From the IMG/VR virus record IMGVR_UViG_3300042445_002545: a stretch of DNA of 64,000 bases; one strand, written 5' to 3'. The stretch comes from an uncultured virus (IMG/VR IMGVR_UViG_3300042445_002545) (Duplodnaviria; Heunggongvirae; Uroviricota; Caudoviricetes). The notes below the pieces were generated by a model, which was given only the letters and a program-made list of their open reading frames with translations, had not been told where the DNA came from and searched no databases. Shown piece after piece: positions 42,991-50,962 of this stretch. Position numbers and translations under genes: made by a program. Position 1 is the first letter of the stretch, and each line of letters begins with the position of its first letter.

Positions 42991-44094
42991 TTAAAATAAT
43001 TCACCAAATCCACCACTTTTCAACTTATCATCACCCGTTAATTTGTATTCTGGGTTGTTATAAGCTTTAGCTGAAGGTACAGTTTCAGTACCGATTCTAA
43101 TTTGATTAGCTAATGTATCTAGATTTGTATATAGTTCATCACTATCCAATGAATATTTACTTGTTAAAGTATCAATATCATTTAAGTTACCAGCTGTGAT
43201 TGCAATATCTTCAGCAATTGTACTTGTTACAACATCTAATGCGTAATCAAGTTCCCAGCTCTTAGTAAACAACATTGCTGATTTTGCACTTTCTGTAGCT
43301 TCTCTAGATTTTTGAGCAAATGCATAATCTTTCTTCAAGATTTCAATTGTTGCATCAAAGTCTAATACTTTAATATCCATACTTGTCTCAACCATTATCA
43401 ATTTTTGACCGAATTTCTTCATGATATTGGCTCTTGTACCATATTTAGTAACAAAATCTTTAGATTGTACCATTTGGTGACCTACACGTTGCGCTTCAGA
43501 TAGTAACTTCATCAATTCAGCGTTACCATTTACATAGTCGTCAGAACCTCTAGCAGCCGCACCATCCTTAGCAACCATTTCATCTAATTCAGCTTTTAAT
43601 TTCTGAGCTTTACTTTGTAATGAAATAATACGGTTTTGCATTTCTTTAGCATCTTTCTCCGATTTATCAGCTTCAACTTCCATATCTTGTCTAAGATTTG
43701 AAATTTTACCTTTAGATAATCTAAAATTTTGCTGATTAGCAATCATTAATTGTCTTTGTTTTTCCAACTCCATAAAAGGGTCATGTTTTATAATTGCCTT
43801 ATGTAAGTTTCGTGTTAAAACTCGAATACCTTTCAATATAACTGGCATAGCAATCACTAAACCAACCAATAGTATTCCAGTTGCAGCAACTGCTAAAAAT
43901 TGACCAATAGCTAAGAACAATGGTGGTAATACATATACCCATGTTAAATACCCCAATCCGATTAATGCTCCTAATTTCAAGAACCAGAATAATCCTTTTT
44001 CACCTTTTCTGAACTTGTCGATTTTGTTTGAAATCTCACCTTCAGAGAAGTGTTTCATAATAGGGAGATTCATGTACGTGTTTTGTGTTTCCAT
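42991..44094 (-). CDS. Membrane coiled-coil protein (PspA/IM30-like)
   Basis: Two TMs followed by a long coiled coil. Confidence 0.55.
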   Translation of the reverse strand: METQNTYMNLPIMKHFSEGEISNKIDKFRKGEKGLFWFLKLGALIGLGYLTWVYVLPPLFLAIGQFLAVAATGILLVGLVIAMPVILKGIRVLTRNLHKAIIKHDPFMELEKQRQLMIANQQNFRLSKGKISNLRQDMEVEADKSEKDAKEMQNRIISLQSKAQKLKAELDEMVAKDGAAARGSDDYVNGNAELMKLLSEAQRVGHQMVQSKDFVTKYGTRANIMKKFGQKLIMVETSMDIKVLDFDATIEILKKDYAFAQKSREATESAKSAMLFTKSWELDYALDVVTSTIAEDIAITAGNLNDIDTLTSKYSLDSDELYTNLDTLANQIRIGTETVPSAKAYNNPEYKLTGDDKLKSGGFGELF

Positions 44095-44096
44095 TT

Positions 44097-44792
44097 TTAC
44101 TTTAAATTATTAGTTAAACCTTGTTTTACTGCGTTAATTGATGACAGTATTTTATCTTTAGCTACATCATTAGCCATTAATTTGCAATCTACTTCAGTTA
44201 ATTCGTTTGCATATTTATTATCAATTTCCGAAAGTGATGATTGTTTTGATACAATTTGATTGCTGATTGCTTCCATTTGCATTTTCAAACCATCAAGTTC
44301 ACTAGACAATTGACTTCTTTCGTTTTCTTTAGTACTTAACAACTGATTTTTCTTAGTTGTACCGTTATCAACGTAACTTTTATGAACTTTCATAATCTCA
44401 TCAAAATAGTATTGAGATTGAGATAATAATGATTCTTTAGATACATTACCATCCATAGCTTTACCCATACTTAAGGCCATAGCATAAACTTGTGGATTAT
44501 CAATACCACCACTAACCACAGCTTTATAGAATTCATAGAAATCATAACCAGCTTGATTCAAACCATCAAAACCAGATTCATATAACTGAATGATTTTTTC
44601 TAAATGTGGTTGACATGAAGGGTTATTAATAGATGCAACTGTTGGTGTTACATTTGGAAATGTAGTGGGTGGTATCATATTCGAAGTTTCGTTTACCCCT
44701 GGAAACTTAACTGCTTCTGTTACGATAGGTGCAACAGTTTCTGGTTTTTTTTCTTCCTCATTGTTAATAAAGAACAAATCTTTTAATCCCAT
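44097..44792 (-). CDS. Coiled-coil hypothetical protein, first gene of the ABC/OmpA cluster
   Basis: Promoter at about 44834; GYDFYEF motif, C-terminal coiled coil. Confidence 0.65.
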   Translation of the reverse strand: MGLKDLFFINNEEEKKPETVAPIVTEAVKFPGVNETSNMIPPTTFPNVTPTVASINNPSCQPHLEKIIQLYESGFDGLNQAGYDFYEFYKAVVSGGIDNPQVYAMALSMGKAMDGNVSKESLLSQSQYYFDEIMKVHKSYVDNGTTKKNQLLSTKENERSQLSSELDGLKMQMEAISNQIVSKQSSLSEIDNKYANELTEVDCKLMANDVAKDKILSSINAVKQGLTNNLK

Positions 44793-45241
44793 TTTTTTTC
44801 TTTTTTTCGTTAATAATATTTTTAATTACCTGACAAAGATATGTATAATATTTCAATTAAACAAATATTTTTTAATTTTTTTTGATTTTTGTTGAGTGAA
44901 GAGGAATTGAACCTCAAGCATCTAGTATAAGAGACTGCCGTCCCCGCCTCGTCCAGAGCACCCAATGGTTTAAATTAAACTTTTTCCCAATAAGTTTTAG
45001 TTATCACCTTCTCTTTCTTTTCAACCCTATTAAGTTCTGTGATATCACTATCCTCTCTACCATAATCAGAATCAAAAACATAAGTATTAGTTTCCCAATA
45101 ACCATCTAATTCTCTAGGTAATTCTGGGAAATATTTTTCAGATATTTCAGTTATTGACCTGGTAAAGAAGTTAGAACCCCTTCTATGTTCTTCATAACTA
45201 TCTTCTTGAAAGTCTTCAATTAAGATATCAAAATCAATACC

Positions 45242-45322
45242 TAATTCTTTTGCGATTTGTCTTGTTATTTTATTAATCATAATTCTTTTGCGATTTGTCT
45301 TGTTATTTTATTAATCATAATT
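45242..45322. repeat. 38-bp direct tandem duplication covering a gene start
   Basis: TAATTCTTTTGCGATTTGTCTTGTTATTTTATTAATCA x2. Confidence 0.9.
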
Positions 45323-46851
45323 TTAATAGGTTGATTGGAATTTACTTTCTTCTAAAAAAGAACCTACTGTTTCCTTACTTTGCATTATTAAATCTTTAGC
45401 TATCTTTTCAGATATTACTTTATAGATAACATTTAAAATAGCATCCTGATGTGAACCATCTTCAAAATACTCTTTAAACTTTGTTTTAATACCAAATAAA
45501 TCAATAGTATCTTTCACATGAAACTCTTTACCATTTAATACAAACTTACAATGCATAATTATAGTATTTTCGAAGTGAGTTCCATAAGAAGTATTTATAA
45601 AAAACCCTTCAGCTGTTATAATGTTATCATTTAATTTAAAATGATGCATTATATTTTCAATTGCTTTTTCTTGAAACTCATTTAATAATTCTACACTTTT
45701 ATCTGTTGGTGCTTTATGCTCATGTACAGTTTTTTCGTAAGGTACTAAACGTTCTGTATAAGTGTGTGTATTTTTACTCATATTTTAATTTTTATCTACT
45801 TCTTTAGCTCTTTTAGTACCTAATGATATCGGTAATAAGGCCCAACCAAATACCCATGCTACTAAAAACCCTTGTAGATTAATTCCAGCTTTTTGATACA
45901 TGTCCATACCTATGACATATAAAGTACTGAAAACCCAGTATAAAAATAATAAATTATCCATAATTTTTAATTGTTAATAAGAACAAACATTCTTTTTTTA
46001 TTTGATGGTTTTTTAAATAAATCAGCAAATCTATCATTGAAACTATCTAATTCAGAATAATCTATTACTGCAACTGAATGATTAACGTAATCATCTTCAT
46101 CTACTACATCTAAATCTTTAATTGGTGTTAAATAGCAATCATAATCGGCTATTTCAGTAAAAATAAAACAATCACCTTTATGCTGATATTTCCATTCACC
46201 AATTTGACTATTCAAACCCTTACCTATTGGTATTGCAGCAGTATCGAAATCAATATCATGTTCACTTAAATCTGGTAATACTAATAACATATCACATTCA
46301 AGCATTGGTTTATGGGAATAAGACCCACCTTTAAATTCAACTAACTCAATATCAAATTTAGAAAGTCTAACCCTGACGGCCATTAGGTCATCAGGGTTTA
46401 CCTTATTAGATTTGGCTAAATATATCTTAGTTTTCATTTTCAGATACGAACCATTCGTTTTTAATTTCATTGGCAACTTCCAATTCAATAGCTTTCAACT
46501 TAATTTCCATCTTAGTGTCGTGCAATTCATTCATCCATCTTGATGCATCAAAATCTTTGCTACCTGGACGTAAACTGTATGTGTTGTCTGGTGCCAAATC
46601 AGTTAAACTAGTTAACTTATTGTTTAATTTTGAAAGCTCACGTTTCAATGTATTGATAAATGTATCAACTTCCAAGATTGTGTCTTCAGCTAATTGTTTA
46701 GCTCTTGTTTCTTTAATTGTATTATCAGAAGCTGATAACATGTTTACAAATTTACTCATAGTTTATTATTTTAATTATTAATTAATCAGGATGCAAATAT
46801 AATATCTTTTTTTTAATTACGCAACTTTTTTTAAACTTTTTTTGATTTTAG

Positions 46852-46924
46852 TTGAGATAAGGGGTTTCGAACCCCGTGTTTCCACCCGTCTAGGTGGCGT
46901 TCTAACCAATTAAACTATATCCCA
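46852..46924 (-). tRNA. Atypical tRNA with a 6-nt anticodon loop and G3.U70
   Basis: Good acceptor, D and T arms; CCACC-TAGACG-GGTGG. Confidence 0.55.
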
Positions 46925-46929
46925 ATTTG

Positions 46930-47058
46930 TCGATGTTAAGGGACTCGAACCCATGAGCGGATGCCTCCTATTGTGTTACCTATTATTTAACGTGGACTCG
47001 AACCACACAGCCACCAAGACCAAATCCGAATCGAACGGAATACTCGCCAACAACACCG
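46930..47058 (-). ncRNA. tRNA-like RNA with three T-loop hairpins
   Basis: CGGTGTT/AACATCG-A closing stem; TTCGATT, TTCGAGT, TTCGAGT loops. Confidence 0.55.
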
Positions 47059-47061
47059 TTG

Positions 47062-47204
47062 TGGAGGATACAGGACTCGAACCTGTGGCCATGGGGTTAT
47101 CCCCACATCTATTTATCAGGCTAATTCATTGTACTTCTGAATCTCAAACACCCTATCTTCAATGGTAACTATAGTTACTACTCTACCAACTGAGCTAATC
47201 CCCC
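47062..47204 (-). ncRNA. 143-nt Ala-acceptor tRNA-like RNA with the anticodon arm replaced by a long insert
   Basis: GGGGGAT/ATCCTCC-A (G3.U70), canonical D arm and T arm. Confidence 0.7.
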
Positions 47205-47248
47205 AAATAAGATTTTTGTAATTACCTGGAATCTTGTAACCAGTTATG

Positions 47249-47322
47249 TGGAGCTAGGGGTGTATGATACCCCATCTCCGCATTGCAAGTGCGGTGTGTT
47301 AGCCAGTTGTCACCATAGCCCC
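47249..47322 (-). tRNA. tRNA-Ala(TGC)
   Basis: CCGCA-CTTGCAA-TGCGG, G3.U70; atypical T-loop ATCATAC. Confidence 0.85.
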
Positions 47323-47456
47323 AAATTAAGCTAAATAAATAAGTCTTCGTCTCTCCTAGCTGGCCCACTTGAAGATTTAATCTTCGTGCCCGACTCGAAC
47401 GGGAATGCTAGCGACTCAATCCAGCTTGCCCATAAATGGGTACTTATTTAACTTAG

Positions 47457-47528
47457 CGGTCCCACGGGTAATCGAAACCCGAACTCTGCCGTGACAGGGC
47501 AGCATTATTGCCGTTTAACTACAGGACC
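47457..47528 (-). tRNA. tRNA-Asp(GTC)
   Basis: CTGCC-CTGTCAC-GGCAG, G73. Confidence 0.92.
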
Positions 47529-47594
47529 AAAGTTACTTTTTCTTTCTCAGCTATTCAGCGTCTAGGAAATATAAAAGTATAAAACCCTACATCG

Positions 47595-47664
47595 TATTGG
47601 GTATGGGACTCGAACCCATATCAACCGCTCACTGCGGCCATCCTGACCATTAGACGAACCCAAA
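47595..47664 (-). tRNA. Degenerate tRNA (Glu/Asp-type D arm, anticodon unresolved)
   Basis: T arm ATGGG-TTCGAGT-CCCAT; anticodon arm GCCGC-AGTGA-GCGGT. Confidence 0.5.
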
Positions 47665-47735
47665 AAACCAACTTTATCTGACTGCAATCATCAATCATTG
47701 GCTCTCTTGCAAGTATTGCAGTACTTGCTTGATAG

Positions 47736-47807
47736 TCACCCATACGGTAGTCGAAACCGTGTTTTTAGGTTGAAAACCTAACGTCCTAACCACTAGACGA
47801 ATGGGCG
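47736..47807 (-). tRNA. tRNA-Glu(TTC)
   Basis: TTAGG-TTTTCAA-CCTAA. Confidence 0.9.
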
Positions 47808-47943
47808 TGTTAAATGTACTAATTCCTTATAGGTGACTAGATTTATCCTTTCGGACTAGATGGGTAGCCTAGCGACTTATCGACACAATTATCGATGTCC
47901 TTTTTCTAATACTTCATATCACGTTTACCTTCAATACATTTTG

Positions 47944-48017
47944 TGGTACCAGTGGGACTCGAACCCACGACACCTAGAGCTTCAATCTAGTGCTACTACC
48001 AACTGAGCTACAGTACC
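47944..48017 (-). tRNA. tRNA-Phe(GAA)
   Basis: CTAGA-TTGAAGC-TCTAG. Confidence 0.9.
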
Positions 48018-48029
48018 ATTATTGTTTTA

Positions 48030-48061
48030 CAAAGATATGAATAATTTTTTAATTATCCAAA
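48030..48061 (-). promoter_or_regulatory. Internal Bacteroidota-type promoter just upstream of tRNA-Phe
   Basis: TTTG-N20-TATCTTTG. Confidence 0.7.
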
Positions 48062-48131
48062 TTTTTTATATTTTTTTTTAATTTAATATTTCAAAGAACG
48101 TGAAACCGATGTTTCTGTTATTGTTATAAAC

Positions 48132-48164
48132 AAAAAAAGCTCTGATTTTTAGGTCAGAGCTTTT
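48132..48164 (-). terminator. Attenuator terminator of tRNA operon 2
   Basis: AAAAGCTCTGA-CCTAAAAA-TCAGAGCTTTTTTT on minus strand. Confidence 0.85.
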
Positions 48165-48187
48165 ATCAATTATGTTAAACGATTACG

Positions 48188-48277
48188 TTAACTTATGACA
48201 ATAGTTGACCTTCCCAAGCTTTCATCCGCCTCGGCTGCAAAAAATGCAAAATCAAATATGTTAGTTAATGTTCTCAT
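48188..48277 (-). CDS. Leader peptide 2 MRTLTNIFDFAFFAAEADESLGRSTIVIS
   Basis: Residues 8-19 are only F/D/A/E. Confidence 0.85.
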   Translation of the reverse strand: MRTLTNIFDFAFFAAEADESLGRSTIVIS

Positions 48278-48299
48278 TGTGTTTTTTATTCGTGTTCTA

Positions 48300-48342
48300 A
48301 TTAAATATATGCAAATATACTAAAAGTTTTTTTATTTGTCAA
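48300..48342 (-). promoter_or_regulatory. tRNA operon 2 promoter (30-bp repeat, copy 2)
   Basis: TTG-N20-TATATTTG, identical 30-mer. Confidence 0.85.
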
Positions 48343-48361
48343 GTTTTTTTAAAACTTTTTT

Positions 48362-49012
48362 TTATTTTCTTATTTTACCTAGGAAATCCTTAGTATTATT
48401 AATACCTATAGCGTTTACTATTTGTCTTAAAAAAGTTTGTCTACTTTCAGTATTACTTTCTTTATACTGATTTATAAGATTAACAACTTCTTGCTCTTTA
48501 TCTCTAGATAATTTTGTTTTATAATCAGCAACATCTAATATACTCATGTAATAGTAACCATCAATTAATTCAGCACTATCTAAAATTTCATTTGTTGACC
48601 TAACTCTTACATCAGCATATGAACCTCCAGCTTTTGATGGGTCCCAAATAGTAAAAGCTTCAATTGAACCGTCTGATGTTGGTCTATATATACCACCATT
48701 TTTTAATTCTTCCTGTAGTCCAGCATTTATCCAAAGTTGCTCATCTGGTATCACTATATCTAAATCACCAATAGTACCACTTAATCCAAATGCGTCTCTT
48801 AATTTGGGGTACAAATACAATCTAGCTGACCCACCAATGAAGTACGATTTATTATTGGGTACTATACCAAATTTTTTAAAAATTAATTCATCAGCTCTAC
48901 TTAATAATGTATTTAAACCACTAGTGTCAACTTCATTTACTAAATCCTCACTTACGTTTTTCCAAAATTCTTTTAAAAAAAATTCGTTTATATAAATCTC
49001 ACTTAATCTCAT
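48362..49012 (-). CDS. Nucleotidyltransferase-fold protein
   Basis: FIGGSA...GDLDI motif; K..LSRDK. Confidence 0.6.
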   Translation of the reverse strand: MRLSEIYINEFFLKEFWKNVSEDLVNEVDTSGLNTLLSRADELIFKKFGIVPNNKSYFIGGSARLYLYPKLRDAFGLSGTIGDLDIVIPDEQLWINAGLQEELKNGGIYRPTSDGSIEAFTIWDPSKAGGSYADVRVRSTNEILDSAELIDGYYYMSILDVADYKTKLSRDKEQEVVNLINQYKESNTESRQTFLRQIVNAIGINNTKDFLGKIRK

Positions 49013-49514
49013 ATTCTTTTAATCTATCAATTACTTCTTTATTATATTGACATTCAATTGTCAATTTTTTAAATGATAGAAACATACTTAATGGTCTTGG
49101 TCCATTTAGAAATAAGAAATTATAAGCTGACCATTCACTAGTCACATAATAACTTTTTCTATTTTCCATTATATCCAATAAACACATTGGGTGTTTATTG
49201 ACATATTTCCAATCATATTTGTAACAAAGTTTAGATAAATTTTTCATAAATAATCTAAACTCAATAATTCTAGTGATTAATGTTACTAGAACAAACCCTA
49301 AAAGTGTAATTACTATCATATTATAAATATTTAAACTTTATCAAATATAATAACTATTTTTGTACTATCCAAATTTATTTGATTATTTTTTTGATTATTT
49401 AAACCATAAGCATCACATGATGTTTTTGTTGTTGCACAAGATGCTAGTATTATCGCTAGTAATATTAATTTTTTCATATTAATAAATATGTTGATTATTT
49501 TTAAAATAATTAAG

Positions 49515-49594
49515 TACCTCTGGCGGGACTCGAACCCGCAAGAACTCGGTTTCTAAGACCGTTAGCTGTGCCAATTTACATAAGTCACAGAGGC
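49515..49594 (-). tRNA. tRNA-Leu(TAG), short variable loop and enlarged D region
   Basis: CGGT-CTTAGAA-ACCG; A73. Confidence 0.8.
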
Positions 49595-49602
49595 ATATTT
49601 TG

Positions 49603-49685
49603 TACTCCAAGAGGGGCTCGAACCCTCACGCCCTACGGGCACAGCATTTTAAGTGCTGCGTGTCTACCAATTCCACCATCGGAGC
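49603..49685 (-). tRNA. tRNA-Leu(TAA)
   Basis: CAGCA-CTTAAAA-TGCTG, long variable arm. Confidence 0.92.
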
Positions 49686-49731
49686 ATTTTGCACTTCCTA
49701 CCCATCCATATCGTATAGTGCTAACCGCTAG

Positions 49732-49805
49732 TACACCCTGTAGGATTCGAACCTACGACCCTTCGGATGTAAACCGAATGCTCTAACCAACTGAGCTAAA
49801 GGTGC
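49732..49805 (-). tRNA. tRNA-Val(TAC)
   Basis: TTCGG-TTTACAT-CCGAA. Confidence 0.92.
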
Positions 49806-49816
49806 ATGTGGTAGGT

Positions 49817-50146
49817 TTAACCCACCTTTATAAATGTTTCATTCTTTATGGATTTACTAATCCATCTGTTAAGCTCGGAGCCCCTCATTTCACTGTAGAA
49901 AGTAGTTGTTCCAAGGTCTTCAGACAATGTTGTAAACACATCTGACTCCTTAACTTCTGCACCAACTTCTAAAGTTGATACATGATATCTAACCTTTACA
50001 TCAACTGTTGAAATTGGAAACTCGTATATATCACCAAACACTTCAATGTTGTAATACAAGTTACCAGCAATATAGTGACTAAACTTAGCCATTGCTTTTG
50101 ACTTAAATAAGTCTTTTTTTATTTCAGTTTCATTAAACATAACCAT
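49817..50146 (-). CDS. Hypothetical protein embedded in tRNA operon 3
   Basis: 109-aa ORF between tRNA-Cys and tRNA-Val. Confidence 0.7.
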   Translation of the reverse strand: MVMFNETEIKKDLFKSKAMAKFSHYIAGNLYYNIEVFGDIYEFPISTVDVKVRYHVSTLEVGAEVKESDVFTTLSEDLGTTTFYSEMRGSELNRWISKSIKNETFIKVG

Positions 50147-50305
50147 TTTTTTTTCTTCGTTTAAAGAGTAACTTTATAGTATTTAAACTAATCTTATTAT
50201 TTTTATCAGCTCTAACATGTCTAAAATTTTCATATGACCCTTTATATGTTCCCGTTAATACTACTTTCCCCTCATTATCTTTTCTTTCCATAATCTATCT
50301 TTTTG

Positions 50306-50378
50306 AGCTGGGAGAGGGATTTGAACCCCCGTATGTGGATTTGCAATCCACTGCCTAAAGCCACTCGACCATCCCAGC
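50306..50378 (-). tRNA. tRNA-Cys(GCA)
   Basis: GTGGA-TTGCAAA-TCCAC, U73. Confidence 0.92.
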
Positions 50379-50385
50379 ATTAAAC

Positions 50386-50417
50386 AAAAAACCCGAAGTG
50401 ACTAATCGCTTCGGGTT
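50386..50417 (-). terminator. Attenuator terminator of tRNA operon 3
   Basis: AACCCGAAGCGA-TTAG-TCACTTCGGGTTTTTT on minus strand. Confidence 0.85.
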
Positions 50418-50446
50418 GTGAATATTGTTTATTTATTATTAAACTA

Positions 50447-50521
50447 TCAACACAGCCCAAAACTGACTACCACTAAAAGTAGACATAAGTTAAGCACCAA
50501 AATGTTGTTAATTGTTTTCAT
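50447..50521 (-). CDS. Leader peptide 3 MKTINNILVLNLCLLLVVVSFGLC
   Basis: 11 of residues 8-19 are L/V/C. Confidence 0.85.
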   Translation of the reverse strand: MKTINNILVLNLCLLLVVVSFGLC

Positions 50522-50545
50522 CGTATTAATTTTTTAATCGTTTTA

Positions 50546-50588
50546 ATTAAATATATGCAAATATACTAAAAGTTTTTTAATTTGTCAA
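50546..50588 (-). promoter_or_regulatory. tRNA operon 3 promoter (30-bp repeat, copy 3)
   Basis: TTG-N20-TATATTTG, identical 30-mer. Confidence 0.85.
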
Positions 50589-50650
50589 GTTTTTATGTAA
50601 AAATATTTTTTTTATTTACAATTTAATCAAATTTGATTATAATTTACCCG

Positions 50651-50962
50651 ATGGATAAGGTATATTTACTAGCAAATGAAGAATGGACACAATTTAAAAT
50701 TGGTGTCACAAAAAACGTAACTAATAAACGAAAAAGTGATTTACAAACTGGTAATGGTTCTGAAATAATTATTGTTAATACTTTTGAAACTAGATTTTCA
50801 AACAAAGTTGAGAAGTGGTTACATAGAAAATATAATTCAAAGCGATTAGTTGGTGAATGGTTTGCGCTTAATGACAATGATATTACTAATTTCATATCTG
50901 ATTGTCAAAAAGCGCATGATACATTCCAATGTTTAATCGATAGTGAGAATCCTTTTATTTAA
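50651..50962 (+). CDS. T5orf172/MUG113-type GIY-YIG domain protein
   Basis: VYLL..FKIGVT..R..LQTGN..EKWLHRKY..GEWF. Confidence 0.85.
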   Translation: MDKVYLLANEEWTQFKIGVTKNVTNKRKSDLQTGNGSEIIIVNTFETRFSNKVEKWLHRKYNSKRLVGEWFALNDNDITNFISDCQKAHDTFQCLIDSENPFI

